From positions 1-63,588 of IMG/VR virus record IMGVR_UViG_3300042311_000607: a stretch of 63,588 nucleotides of DNA. One strand, given 5' to 3'. The notes under the pieces were generated by a model. It saw only the letters and a program-made list of their open reading frames with translations, was not told the origin of the DNA and did no database searches. Of the stretch, positions 49,401 to 55,119 are shown one piece after another. Source of the DNA: a virus. Lineage: Duplodnaviria > Caudoviricetes. The position numbers and the translations under genes are program-made. Position 1 is the stretch's first letter. Each line of letters begins with the position of its first letter.

Positions 49401-51027
49401 GAAGGGCTGGGCGGACTCGAGCTCGAAGACCGAGGGCGGCAACGCGGCGAGCATCTACTACAACGAGTTGATCAAGCGGCACGAATGGGTCATGAACCCA
49501 AGCGACAACGCGCTGGTCAACAAGATCAGCGGGCTGGGCTTCGCGTGGTATCTGGGCGTGACGCCTGGCGCGGCGATGGTCAACCTGACGCAGACCGCCA
49601 TCGTGGCCGGCCCGGTGCTGGCCTCAAGGTTCGGCGCGGCGAAGTCGATGAACGCGCTGACCGCCGGCATGCGCGATTCAATCCGCACCGGTGGCAATAT
49701 CGAGCGCACGCTGCGAGATGACGAGCTGCGCGCCTACCAGGCCATGCGCGCATCGGGCGCGATCGACAAGACACAGGCGCACAACCTGGCCGGCATGGCC
49801 GAGACGGACAGCGCGCAGTACAACGACAGCTGGCACCGGGTGATGTCGGGGATCAGCTTCCTGTTCCACAAGGCCGAGGTGGTGAACCGCGAAGCCACCG
49901 GCATGGCCGCGTACCGGCTGGGTCGCGAGAGCGGCATGAGCTTCGATGCGGCCGTCCAGTACGCTGAGGACATCATCTGGGAGAGCCACTTCGACTACAG
50001 CAACGCGAACCGAGCCCGCTTCATGCAGTCCGGCGCGGCCAAGGTGCTGCTGATGTTCCGGCAGTACAGCCTGAGCATGAGCTACTTCCTGTGGCGCAAC
50101 TTCTACCAGTCGCTGAAGGGTGAGACCCCGCGGATCCGCACTGAGGCCCGCCGCAAGCTGGTTGGCGTGCTGGGCATGACCGCGGTGTTCTCCGGCACCC
50201 TAGGCCTACCAGCGATGAGCATGCTGTTCGGCGTGGCCAACGCCATGGCGGATGCCTTTGGCGAGGACGATGACCCGCCGTTCGACGCTGAGGCCGAGTT
50301 CCGGAACTTCCTGACCGACTTCATGGGCGCCGACGTCGCGCGCCTGATTGCCCGCGGTCCGGTGAACTTCGCCACCGGCGCCGACATCGCCAGCCGCGTG
50401 ACCCTGGATGGGCTGTGGCTGCGCGAGCCTGAGCGCGAGCTCGAGGGCAAGGCGTTGGCCAGCTACTGGCTGGAGCAGGCGGCCGGCCCGATCGGCGGCA
50501 TCTTCGTCAACGGAATGCAGGGCCTGAGCCTGATGCACGAGGGCGAGTGGTGGCGCGGCGTGGAGGCGATGACCCCAAAGGCGATCAAGGACGGCATGCG
50601 CTCTGTGCGGTACACCACAGAAGGCGTGAACACCCTGCGCGGGGATGCCCTGATCGAAGATCTGAGCCCGCTGCAGGCAGTGCTTCAGCTGTCGGGCCTG
50701 ACGCCGGCGCAGATCAACGAGCGGTACGACGCCAACAACGCGATCAAGCGCTACGAGGAAAGCATCCTGCGCAATCGATCGCGCCTGCTCGACGGCATCG
50801 CCCTGGCGGTGCGCATGGGCGACGACACCATGCGCGAGCTCGCTTTGCAGCGGATCCGATCATTCAACGCCGCCAACCCGGAGATTCCCATCGACAGCCG
50901 CACGATCATGACCAGCCTGAAGGCCCGCCAGCGCTTCACGGAGCGCAGCCTGGGCGGCATTGCCGTCAACCCGAAACTGGAAGGCCGCGCGCGCGAGCAG
51001 GGTCGGTTCGCCGAGGAAAACCCATGA
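37486..51027 (+). CDS. Giant DarB-like large polyvalent protein (N6-MTase + SNF2 helicase + zincin-like + LPD23-like + PLxRFG), 4513 aa
   Basis: VLEAGGGVGNF and IGNPPF MTase motifs; DHVVGAGKT, VDEAH, TGTPVSN, QREGRIIRQGN helicase motifs; AHEAVGH and LLHELQH; ETGWHKG.DG.WRYEI.D; YFPLQRFG. Confidence 0.9.
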   Translation: MPTDQNPRPRTKLADFAPPQLQGTLAPPLPKRRTGGEIVADTARGVAQGGQTLATGLAQVPNLLTGGALDDYVVKPAQRALDRALGGPGTAGGIAGGSQQISEGIAAGYSPVLKAEQQKLQDAQGFFGKAATVATNPTLLGQFAAEQVPNLFTLGAGAAGSASAKTAQVLARGGTEAAAGAAGRTAAERALVGANAAMGGGFAGNAAMQDALSQPQETWDANPEYQALVRAGTAPDQAKQQLALRAGQIAGAVAAPISAAAGAITAPLEAQIFTRALGTEVPRLFSREAGGIVARGTAKEAAEEAIQEGGEQFGQNVGIQQAADPTRALSQDVAENAAVGGVLGGILGGGLTAGGLAASRPRAQPQVPSLAPETAPQQAAPEAAQPLAPEPVAATEQAAPAAPVQPFPGAAPGTLQDAVNAISENQPAASTAPIAPLLQPGETLDAATGEVQPRQPTEAEKRQREMQALLDASPQPDLFTPAAQRGKEQGRDTQDKPARRGTTLQQTPPESAADRPTTDASALAQEPVASPEGAAQARVQGPAAGLQPDPGAEFGSAQSAQPAAGGATVSASENPGATAADGGGVTGGARPLEGQGGADARAGEDAEPATRARSPRAADGDSALDADSSPPAGGALTDGQQPDQRAVNTRRLEQPVAGAEGVPQAADGPMAEGDASPSDDGALRNAEPAGRAVQQDAVQNADPAAVTQPESTPNAREATAPPAESGGAEGVPLGGIGGEGATAARDAGGEPAAPPAAGATAPAAAAPGTAEVDAAAAGPAANTLESTDVRTNPEQGAGPGQSPAQAVEGTAGQEEGQARGLTPEQLTSERKRIGLPRVVRKADAIIALRRSGMKVPEAEAAFNTLGRKGLKEGTRMGDDVAALIVARTQPAAPTPATEGVIQNADDRQQSVTVEPPAAASPAAAGATPKAPKRRTGESNAEPTAEDAAGLPEPGPAAVSGDGDTGQAVGKPVRQTVPRRGPADRQAIAERGIVPGMRVSYEKPDGTRVEGAVRAIEKSGVEVDVDGVWVRGLKLEPVAAAQSADAPAAVLQGPAEQVRAAVVGAPAGLAKTFTKLADAIEAKNEGALNNILASVSNAKSRELFQAATGVKLPRTVSGTKAAISAWAQQPPPTETPRVEAAAADTPTGESNAVRAVEDTGPAALEGAPATDVQAPAGGEPTAEGADEGSRADRRGPGRASGRGDELAPGVGDGARTLPVPAAGAEQESGTDGKPGLSGNAGDAKTAPKSRRSKRLSAEAKTDGQPGLTAPEPPQIPAQDFAITDEIELGEGGQKTKYRRNVDAIRLLNTLQAEGRNATPEEQRTLALYVGWGGLAQAFDADNAQWSREFAELKELLTEDEYETARQSTQYAHYTSREIINGIYAGMQRMGFTGGNVLEAGGGVGNFIGLMPDSMRSAGRFTLVERERIAAGIAKALYPRQNVQLGDFRAFGKGDDGYFDAVIGNPPFGRVDMTDLSGRKHLSGLRIHNYFIAKSIDLLREGGLLVNVVSHGFMDAGDQRARQYIAERAELVAAIRLPNDAFKGNAHTEVTTDIVIFRKRPESEWRSRKAAEEAKAWLESTTVPDPDGGDPIPTNAYFVRNPDKMLGEWGRYGTMRTGNMPALRARAGQDTGALLRQVAKQLPQGLFEARSIARTEAMVQRQAVKLLNPPVSEGGHFIQDGKLIQRTQNIAGEAVGRELTPDTPWTEKTTLGAKGFERLRQLAGLRQTVRELLAAELSDSLSIETLRARLNTEYDAYAKDGLLNDAGTARLFGDDPDYPLLASLELDYKPGMGAAAAKTAGVKPFKSSAKKAAIFERRVIPVRKEVERASSPQDALNVSLAERGRLDAEYIGKLLGRDSAEALRELSTGSNPLLYLDPASGEYALRDAYLSGNVRKKLAQARESGMMNNAAALESVLPKDVGAAEISVRIGAPWVPPAVYEDFAKSLLGDGTKARLRYIAFDSSFSGEIVAGSAVASANTYGTQSYPAGDLMLAMLNNREIKVTRRDSDGKTWVDKDATEEAKDKAKEIRAKFQDWAFADPDRAEVLVRTYNDANNNYVTRAYDGSWLTFPGKVPDEIIKFRRHQRNFIARVVQDRTALADHVVGAGKTYSAISAAMELKRTGLANKPMIVVPNHLVKQWAADFYRLYPGANILTASKKDFERSSRRRFLAKIAQNDWDAVIIAHSSFGFVRPSPEFEESFIAGETTELRKLLTELKGSEDKSDKRKVKQIEASLERLDNRLKSLRDKPMDDLLDLEQLGVDQLFVDEAHLFKNLMFSTKMQNIRGLGDSAGSQRAYDMLIKTRQIMGKNGRDQGVVFLTGTPVSNSLAEMYHMMRYLMPTAMKEGGFDNFDAWANTFADIEETLKPTTAGGYKTITAFERFFNVIELLQMFDQVSDTVTMDDIKAAYREENDGREFPLPKLKGGRRQPVAMEMSERQRAYMEEVGKRAEALEARKGPPKKGEDNHLSLMSDARKAAMDIRLVDLDVTEREAGARIDRAASNVFERWQKWDKQKGVQLVFSDLGTPLSGVKKELAEYQEIKAAAAPLEDADVQRRAELGDEQALAALEDAEEAQAKLDAAGPDWLDAIRAAERGFSVYDDMRAALVERGVPAEQIAFIHDYNSDNAKAALFRKVNDGEIRVLLGSTPKMGAGTNVQKRLVALHHLDIPWKPSDVEQREGRIIRQGNLLADTLPDFEAEILAYVTKDTLDKNMWDIQERKIRGINQLRSRQISREIENSFDEMEMSASEMQAAATGNTDLLREIQLRNDITKLERKGRSYQAQQSEVVQAKRRAEAAVQTLPAQIKREEQWNSLAAKYDQSTDLPANWKVEIGGKTFKEPRAARAEALRIENERVTDKDGKEKAKPLDVTVDGERFTGRVAFSEAVLDKVGDQEPIRWDFPGGPLTRRARVAAEVQKRIADALAERQDEVELGRLGDFAVRLDLGARRWVLTVEGDQVGDRQTDYYVDISPDGGVSDQDLLRVAKGIAGAAPNMVGGSRVEMLRRDLASAERTLKDLADKDMTAPWADQGALDALRAEQREIIKRIQAAKAEAAAARAAEAPAQKEPETPVSPTRGKPQTRRVYNPDGSYYDAPASAPQSTPEGGPLFSNIPGRPPAVPGADAAKLRTAVARITRGWAADTAPTVRVIATPADLPAAARRDRRHTDAEGFFEPSTSTIYLVASNLPTEQRALQVLAHEAVGHYGMEAITGPELWGELETAIERLETSAQGRTREALASARRRYAGADRTTFTREAIAIMAELGVQNSVIARVTAALRRFLRTLGFDLKLSEADVLAMLRDSERYLQRGGAGQQQAAEGAFSFAGMRSRTADRYAKLTAMKRLAAGEDAETIRQETGWHKGKDGQWRYEISDDTARMLVDGETIGQAMNGDASTVGQVLDHPSLFAAYPDLARLPLDLLPAEGRSRGSMGPAGASLRENLDMGTARSVLLHELQHAIQNIEQFARGGNLDTVKGTSEYRQLDATFQRRGQPTPVSVATEVYRRLAGEVEARNTQARLNMTTEERRLMEPELTADVPVERTIVVFNGKEAKDVPAPANAEPDGAFSLREPGGLGAAAASDPPGFLARLGALMKPDNLTLMEAIKAKGQDLAPAALGALTLRHIADLGKKYLPQLPRYIDYLNRMQTDRNLLQEEGNALAEKWRGMQRKRSERPHASAMADLMHDATIEGVDPAEEYQPLTFKNLQRETVPLTDKTLRDHIKALRAQMLSRPGDSKVEKMAEVRDLRKKLAQEKRRRRAYPQMVARWNQLPPQWQALYREARDMYAKRSDETLQALIARVGELDMPDEQRRKTNAEIRLMFEQARVAGPYFPLQRFGNYWIAAKNPDTGKRDFFMFESAADQLAAQRDLKLQGYTDQSSGKKLEQARDAFGAGEGFITEVQRKLTASGAPSDLQDEIWQLYLRTLPDLSQRKHMIHRKKVAGYNPDALRAFAANANHAAYQIARLRFGHKMQRLVMEAKGWADSSSKTEGGNAASIYYNELIKRHEWVMNPSDNALVNKISGLGFAWYLGVTPGAAMVNLTQTAIVAGPVLASRFGAAKSMNALTAGMRDSIRTGGNIERTLRDDELRAYQAMRASGAIDKTQAHNLAGMAETDSAQYNDSWHRVMSGISFLFHKAEVVNREATGMAAYRLGRESGMSFDAAVQYAEDIIWESHFDYSNANRARFMQSGAAKVLLMFRQYSLSMSYFLWRNFYQSLKGETPRIRTEARRKLVGVLGMTAVFSGTLGLPAMSMLFGVANAMADAFGEDDDPPFDAEAEFRNFLTDFMGADVARLIARGPVNFATGADIASRVTLDGLWLREPERELEGKALASYWLEQAAGPIGGIFVNGMQGLSLMHEGEWWRGVEAMTPKAIKDGMRSVRYTTEGVNTLRGDALIEDLSPLQAVLQLSGLTPAQINERYDANNAIKRYEESILRNRSRLLDGIALAVRMGDDTMRELALQRIRSFNAANPEIPIDSRTIMTSLKARQRFTERSLGGIAVNPKLEGRAREQGRFAEENP
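38957..39394 (+). CDS. Nested ORF 1 (+1 frame in giant gene), 145 aa basic protein
   Basis: AAGGAG 7 nt before GTG; GC3-rich in its own frame while host-frame GC3 drops. Confidence 0.6.
   Translation: MTRKTNPHAGERLFNKLRQKAQQIGLQPTRLHWLKSLSHRRKVQLKREFKARPPGYSQILAQSLAALKARNRPPAEPLLAPLKTLVQQPLMAVVSPAEHDHWKDKVGLTLVPVKTLNQPRGPEAPELRMEIRRLTRIAAHPLAER
39398..39604 (+). CDS. Nested ORF 2 (+1 frame), 68 aa
   Basis: GGAG SD; ATG 3 nt after the ORF 1 stop. Confidence 0.55.
   Translation: MASNLISERSIRDDWNNLSLAQKVFRKRRTAQWRRETLRHQMMARYVMRNRLAELFNRMRFKTLTLPP
39626..39802 (+). CDS. Nested ORF 3 (+1 frame), 58 aa MHEKQLRHLLNQAELRAY...
   Basis: GAGAG upstream; 21 nt after the ORF 2 stop; GC3-rich. Confidence 0.5.
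   Translation: MHEKQLRHLLNQAELRAYHLAGLVARERLLRVMLVVNLQHRRPLAPLPPPLQRLEPPK
39848..39949 (+). CDS. Nested ORF 4 (+1 frame), 33 aa Lys/Pro/Ala-rich peptide
   Basis: GGAG 7 nt before ATG; MYGRIPNKGPAPAKAPPKQSKAPPAKKKAKLEA. Confidence 0.45.
   Translation: MYGRIPNKGPAPAKAPPKQSKAPPAKKKAKLEA
40301..40510 (+). CDS. Nested ORF 5 (+1 frame), 69 aa
   Basis: CCGGAGAATCCA-ATG start context, nearly the same as ORF 6. Confidence 0.45.
   Translation: MQNPQQKTPQACRNQALLRYQAMETQARRLASLFVKRFRAAVRPTAKRLQSAASCRACVSATRSPTERA
40934..41248 (+). CDS. Nested ORF 6 (+1 frame), 104 aa helical protein
   Basis: CTGGAGAAAGCA-ATG; 36/40 GC3 in first 40 codons vs 13/40 in host frame; globular-looking HWKEHRPQM...AWEMVRERYLFLPPE. 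Confidence 0.75.
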   Translation: MQYEQWKTQARQHWKEHRPQMFKHLQEGSQLQKALTRAVEQTAADLEELQAEGMNWHQAWEMVRERYLFLPPEQSKRAEPMGSQGYPAMREMQRLRRNLAEASD

Positions 51028-51248
51028 GCACGGTGATTGAGGCCTTCGGGCCGCACGCGAGGATGACCACGGAGCAGGCCCTATGCGAGGCGCAGGCAGC
51101 GGCCGGGGAGCTGGCCGAGGTGATCGTGGTGGGGATCTACAAGGGCGGCGAGCTGTACGTGCGGTCTGGCAGCCCCGAGGGTGGCATCAGCTGTCGGGAT
51201 GCTCTGTGGCTGCTGGAGAAGGCAAAGCAGTGGGCGCTCGACGGGTAG
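51024..51248 (+). CDS. Hypothetical protein (74 aa)
   Basis: GAGG SD; ATGA overlap with the giant gene; VIVVG....GELYVRS....DALWLLE. Confidence 0.65.
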   Translation: MSTVIEAFGPHARMTTEQALCEAQAAAGELAEVIVVGIYKGGELYVRSGSPEGGISCRDALWLLEKAKQWALDG

Positions 51249-51462
51249 CGCTGCCGTCGCCTGAAGTCAGCTCAGCATGCCGCCGGAACAGCAGCTCCAG
51301 CGCCAGAAGGTGATCAGCGGCAGGCTTCCCGTCGAGCCCTTCGCAGATGGCCCTTTCCACGGGCGCCAGCGTGAGCATCACCGCCCGTAACTCCGCTGCC
51401 GAGATTGATCCGATGAAGGTCACCAGCCCGGCGTTGTCCCATCTTTCCATGTGGAAATACAT
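51187..51462 (-). CDS. Hypothetical protein
   Basis: TGATG overlap with upstream gene; converges on and overlaps 51024-51248. Confidence 0.45.
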   Translation of the reverse strand: MYFHMERWDNAGLVTFIGSISAAELRAVMLTLAPVERAICEGLDGKPAADHLLALELLFRRHAELTSGDGSATRRAPTALPSPAATEHPDS

Positions 51463-51833
51463 CAGTCTTCCCCTTCGCCATGCGCCGAGCGCAGCATGAG
51501 GTTCAGCATCTCAAGGGCGCCCCTGCCGCGGCCACGGTTGAACACCTCGTTGACCGCCGGCTGCTGCCCAGCCAGGAACGTCGCCTGCAGCGTGAGCGCG
51601 TCCACCTCGTCATCCGTCTGCAGGATGGTCAGCTGCCGGACCAGAGGCCGCAGCCGGACCGTGCGCATTCTGAAATCAAACGGGGTTGCCAGCGGGTCGT
51701 GAACTGTGCGCGGCGGGTCCATGCAGGCAAGCACCAGCACGCCGCGTGGCTCACGCAGCACTTCAACCATGAACGGCGTCAGCTCGACGATGGTGACCGG
51801 CTCCATGTCGCGGTTGACGATGACCGCCTTCAT
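51462..51833 (-). CDS. Hypothetical protein
   Basis: GGGAGG SD; ATGA overlap. Confidence 0.7.
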   Translation of the reverse strand: MKAVIVNRDMEPVTIVELTPFMVEVLREPRGVLVLACMDPPRTVHDPLATPFDFRMRTVRLRPLVRQLTILQTDDEVDALTLQATFLAGQQPAVNEVFNRGRGRGALEMLNLMLRSAHGEGED

Positions 51834-52045
51834 GCCCCGCCTCCCCTGCCACGCTCCACGTAATCAATCATCTCCTGCCGCTGCTCCGGCGTGCCCTTGC
51901 GGATCAGGGTGCAGTCAGCCAGCAGGCTCTGTGATCGCGGCCAGCCAGCCGGCTCCAGATACTCGCCGATCACGCGAAGCACAACCCAGTCTTCGCCGCT
52001 CGGCGCGTGGTGTACGTGGTCGCCTGGTTCGATTTCAGTCGACAT
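51830..52045 (-). CDS. Hypothetical protein (71 aa)
   Basis: SD inside junction repeat; IEPGDHVHHAPSGEDWVV...PAGWP. Confidence 0.7.
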   Translation of the reverse strand: MSTEIEPGDHVHHAPSGEDWVVLRVIGEYLEPAGWPRSQSLLADCTLIRKGTPEQRQEMIDYVERGRGGGA

Positions 52046-52316
52046 GCCCGCCTCCCTTGTCGCGCAGGGCGGCCGCCTGAGGGCGAAGACCGATGCTATT
52101 GAGCGTGCCAACGGCTTCGCTGTTCACCGGTGAGTGCAGGCCGGTTGGCTCGGATAGCCGAACCTCCGCGATTGCAAAGCGACGCCCATCGGCGAATCCA
52201 AGCTGATTGAACAGGGTCATTGCTTTCTCGGCGCCAGACCTATCGCCGTGCGGGCCGTCTGCGAGCCTGGCATTTCCGTACCGATCGAGCTCTGCAAGCC
52301 ACCATTGGTCACGCAT
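52035..52316 (-). CDS. Hypothetical protein (93 aa)
   Basis: GGGGGAG SD in junction repeat B. Confidence 0.7.
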   Translation of the reverse strand: MRDQWWLAELDRYGNARLADGPHGDRSGAEKAMTLFNQLGFADGRRFAIAEVRLSEPTGLHSPVNSEAVGTLNSIGLRPQAAALRDKGGGHVD

Positions 52317-52319
52317 GAT

Positions 52320-52511
52320 CTACTCCCCCTCGCCCTTGCGGGCCTGCTGCGCTGACTCGTTGCGAGTGTCTACTTCGATGGTCATGTGCATGAAGTAGAT
52401 GAAGACCACCGGGCCAGTTACCGGGCCGTGGTTGATGTAGTTCAGACTGGCGATGAAGGCAGCCGTGACCGGTCCCAAGCCCATCCACCGGAGAACCTTG
52501 TATCTGCCCAT
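52320..52511 (-). CDS. Small membrane protein (63 aa)
   Basis: Two hydrophobic stretches; flanked by repeats A and B. Confidence 0.55.
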   Translation of the reverse strand: MGRYKVLRWMGLGPVTAAFIASLNYINHGPVTGPVVFIYFMHMTIEVDTRNESAQQARKGEGE

Positions 52512-52846
52512 CACCCGCCTCCCTTGTCGCGCATTCCGGATACCACGCGCATCAGGCGCGCTTGGCCGCGCAGGGTTGACGCCACGCCTTGGGTAACCGC
52601 GCGATCCAGCGACTTGCGCGCGACCAATTCGGCTGCGACCCATTCCAAGAATTCAGAGCCTCCGCTCGGCGGCGATAGAGCACCCCCTGCTTCCCAAGCC
52701 CGATGCAGCAGTCTGGATTCCTCGGCCAAGAATGATCCGTCCTTGGCCTGGCCCCATGCGCGCTTGACGTGCGGCTGTGCTGCCTGCCAAAACTCACGGC
52801 ATGCGGTCTGCGTCGGCGTTTCGGGTGGTGCGTCCTTGTGGCTCAC
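52511..52846 (-). CDS. Hypothetical protein (111 aa)
   Basis: GTG after repeat-A SD; ends in repeat A. Confidence 0.6.
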   Translation of the reverse strand: MSHKDAPPETPTQTACREFWQAAQPHVKRAWGQAKDGSFLAEESRLLHRAWEAGGALSPPSGGSEFLEWVAAELVARKSLDRAVTQGVASTLRGQARLMRVVSGMRDKGGG

Positions 52847-53049
52847 TGACCGCCTCCCTTGTCGCGCAGGGCGGCGTTCAGACCATCTGCATGCGCTTGG
52901 GCGCCATTTCGAGTCCAGAACCGAAGCGCAGTGCCGCGCTTCGACTTTGCCCACGCATAGCCTATGCCGGCGAAATCAGCGTAGACGATCCGGGCGACCA
53001 CGTACCTGAATCCAGCCCGCTGCGGCTTCCACTCGTATTCCTCGTACAC
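52843..53049 (-). CDS. Hypothetical protein (68 aa)
   Basis: GTG after repeat-B SD; ends in repeat A. Confidence 0.6.
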   Translation of the reverse strand: MYEEYEWKPQRAGFRYVVARIVYADFAGIGYAWAKSKRGTALRFWTRNGAQAHADGLNAALRDKGGGQ

Positions 53050-53270
53050 TACTCCCCCTCGCCCTTTCGGGCCTGCTGTGCTGTGCGGTCGCGCGGACCG
53101 CCCTTGGCTACCCACTCGTACACCGGGCGGCCGTTGCTGAACACGTAGGCCCCTGAGTACGGGCCGACGCTGACACGCTCCTGCTGCCGGATCATCAGCA
53201 CGCCGCGCACCATCTTCGTGTCGCCGGCCTGGGGCTTTGGGCGCTGCGTCGAAACCAGTGTGATTTTCAC
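53049..53270 (-). CDS. Hypothetical protein (73 aa)
   Basis: GTGA overlap; ends in repeat B. Confidence 0.6.
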   Translation of the reverse strand: MKITLVSTQRPKPQAGDTKMVRGVLMIRQQERVSVGPYSGAYVFSNGRPVYEWVAKGGPRDRTAQQARKGEGE

Positions 53271-53854
53271 GCCCCACCCCCTCGCGATCCGTCGCCCAGA
53301 AGCAGCGCCGTCTTTCGGAAGCACTCAAACGGGAAATCGACCCCGTATTCGACGCATCGGCAGCCTTCGCCGCACCACTCGCTTACCGTCACCGGAGCCA
53401 GCAGGCCGCACTCGACAGCGATATCCTGCAGGTCGCCGCCGTCTATACCGCCTTCCGGCCACGACTCCATCACCCGCTGGGCAAACCGGCGCAGCCCCGC
53501 AATCGTCGCCTCGGCGTTATCCAACAGCTCGCGTATGCTTTCGACCCAACCGCACAGAGAGCGCGATTCACCGGCTGGATAGATCGGGGCTAGGCCCTTC
53601 TCGACGCGGTCGGCGTCCCATTGCTCAGTGAGTTCGCACGCGTGGTTGTAGGCGTCCGCTCCCCGGGCGACGTAGGTCGATTCGCAAAGGCGTTCGAGTT
53701 CTGCGTTCTTCGCCTCCAGCTCGATCACCCGCTCCCGCAGCGCGGCGTAATCGTCGTATTTGACGTACTCTCCATCGCTGTCCTCTTGCATTTGGTAGCA
53801 GCCGTAGCAATAACTGGCATTCCCATTCCCGCATTCGTATCTCTTTGCGCTCAC
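53267..53854 (-). CDS. Hypothetical early protein (Ea22/Eaa-like mosaic)
   Basis: DGEYVKYDDYAAL plus coiled coil plus DGGDLQDIA...GLL....CGEGC.C motif. Confidence 0.6.
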   Translation of the reverse strand: MSAKRYECGNGNASYCYGCYQMQEDSDGEYVKYDDYAALRERVIELEAKNAELERLCESTYVARGADAYNHACELTEQWDADRVEKGLAPIYPAGESRSLCGWVESIRELLDNAEATIAGLRRFAQRVMESWPEGGIDGGDLQDIAVECGLLAPVTVSEWCGEGCRCVEYGVDFPFECFRKTALLLGDGSRGGGA

Positions 53855-54204
53855 AACTCTTCTCCTGCTGCGCGGAGGGCGGAATCAATTCTGCTGGCCT
53901 CGAATCCGGACGCAAGGCACCAATCGCCGTAATCGTCAACATGCATTGATTCTCTCACGTACTTCAACGCACTGACCAATGGCGCCACCTTCGCCCGCTC
54001 CTTAGCCTCTCCGGCGGCGAAGCACTGGCGGCCATAGTGGTGAAGATTCTCCTGCATCCAAGGGCTATACCGCCCATATAGAGCCGGCATCTCCCCCGCG
54101 TCGGGCTGGGTCACCAGAGTGGCGATCCGAAAAGCCTCGTCGTAGTCAAAGCCCGCATCGCGGAGGGCGAATTCGATTTTGTCGCGCGTGGTTTGGTCAC
54201 TCAT
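53851..54204 (-). CDS. Hypothetical protein
   Basis: GGGAG SD; overlaps neighbours. Confidence 0.6.
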   Translation of the reverse strand: MSDQTTRDKIEFALRDAGFDYDEAFRIATLVTQPDAGEMPALYGRYSPWMQENLHHYGRQCFAAGEAKERAKVAPLVSALKYVRESMHVDDYGDWCLASGFEASRIDSALRAAGEEL

Positions 54205-54475
54205 GGCTTGCGCTCCCGTAGACCTTGGCGATGGCGGAAGCCGAAGCGGACTCGGCTTGCTCCCAGTCCTCGGGCGCTTCGGCCTTGCCGAATTTCTCCA
54301 ACGCCTCCAAACACTCCAGCGCCCCGCAGGCGGTGAGGGCGGCTTGGGCCTCACAGGTCAGTGCCGGCAGCTCGGCCATCCAGTCGGGGTCATCATGCGG
54401 GCCGTCGCCAAAGCGCGAGACGAACAGCGCCCGCGCCGCCTTCATCACCATCGGATGAACTTCCTGTGCGCTCAC
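54197..54475 (-). CDS. Hypothetical protein
   Basis: GGAGG SD; GTGA overlap; C-terminal LEALE...ASAIAKV.G. Confidence 0.6.
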   Translation of the reverse strand: MSAQEVHPMVMKAARALFVSRFGDGPHDDPDWMAELPALTCEAQAALTACGALECLEALEKFGKAEAPEDWEQAESASASAIAKVYGSASHE

Positions 54476-54795
54476 TGGCTTGCCTCCAGTGCGGCGAGAA
54501 GGGCGTCGGCGGCCCGTAGTGCGTGCTCTGTCATACCGGTTACACACCACGCCTGCCATTGATCGACTGTAAGGGCCTTGTCTGCCCTGTCTCCATACCG
54601 CTGATCGTCCGGAACTGAAAGCATCCCCTGCACAAATCTCCCCGCCAGCTCCCGCCGCACAGCCTCGCGTATCATTGCGTCGAGAACCGCGTCACCGGAC
54701 TGCGGGATGCGTAGCGCTATGCACTCTTCGCGGTGCCGGTGCATGTCTTCATCGCTGAAGTGGATCGGCGCCGGCTTGCCGAGGTTGGTGGTCAT
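54472..54795 (-). CDS. Hypothetical protein (phage Gp38-like C-terminus)
   Basis: RRELAGRFVQGML...A.RAADALLAALE. Confidence 0.65.
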   Translation of the reverse strand: MTTNLGKPAPIHFSDEDMHRHREECIALRIPQSGDAVLDAMIREAVRRELAGRFVQGMLSVPDDQRYGDRADKALTVDQWQAWCVTGMTEHALRAADALLAALEASQ

Positions 54796-55007
54796 GGCGT
54801 GGTGTCCTGGGCTGGGTTTGGCGGAAGTGGCATGAAGTGCGTTGGCTGCACCGGATCGGGGTCAACATCCGCCAGCAGTTCGTCAGCCCATATCCAAAGC
54901 GCCCAATCCTCGCCTTGGCTCCACTTCATGCGGGCCTGTTCACCGTTGTAGGCCCAAATCTCGGAGCCATCTTTCGGCGCATCTTCAATCGGCAGCCACT
55001 GGCTCAT
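54792..55007 (-). CDS. DUF551-like protein
   Basis: W.PIEDAPKDG...PTHFMPLPP.P. Confidence 0.8.
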   Translation of the reverse strand: MSQWLPIEDAPKDGSEIWAYNGEQARMKWSQGEDWALWIWADELLADVDPDPVQPTHFMPLPPNPAQDTTP

Positions 55008-55025
55008 TGCATCCTCCGCGTAGGT

Positions 55026-55102
55026 TGGCGCGCCCGGCAGGATTCGAACCTGCGGCTCCCGGATTAGAACTCCGGTGCTCTATCCGGCTGAGCTACGGGC
55101 GC
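55026..55102 (-). tRNA. tRNA-Arg (anticodon TCT)
   Basis: GCGCCCG-TA-GCTC..GAGC-A-CCGGA[GTTCTAA]TCCGG..GCAGG-TTCGAAT-CCTGC-CGGGCGC-G-CCA; full cloverleaf, 77 nt. Confidence 0.92.
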
Positions 55103-55119
55103 TTTGGTGTGCGGCCGTG

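Larger units (their letters stand above)
52048..52875. repeat. Junction repeat A: CCGCCTCCCTTGTCGCGCA x3 (52048, 52515, 52850)
   Basis: 19 bp identical in all three; copies 1 and 3 extend to 26 bp; encodes RDKGGG plus the GGGAGG SD. Confidence 0.9.
52320..53083. repeat. Junction repeat B: 35 bp x2 (52320-52354, 53049-53083)
   Basis: 33/35 identical; encodes AQQARKGEGE-stop plus SD. Confidence 0.9.

Noticed and set aside
52048-53083. CRISPR array or integron attC sites
   Set aside because: Repeats are coding, irregularly spaced and separated by whole genes; no cas or integron integrase, no attC-like palindromes
55026-55102. Amber-suppressor reading (CTA) of the tRNA, implying stop-codon recoding
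   Set aside because: The 5-bp stem CCGGA/TCCGG centres TCT; a CTA register breaks the stem, and TAG ends genes normally (e.g. 12820, 52320)
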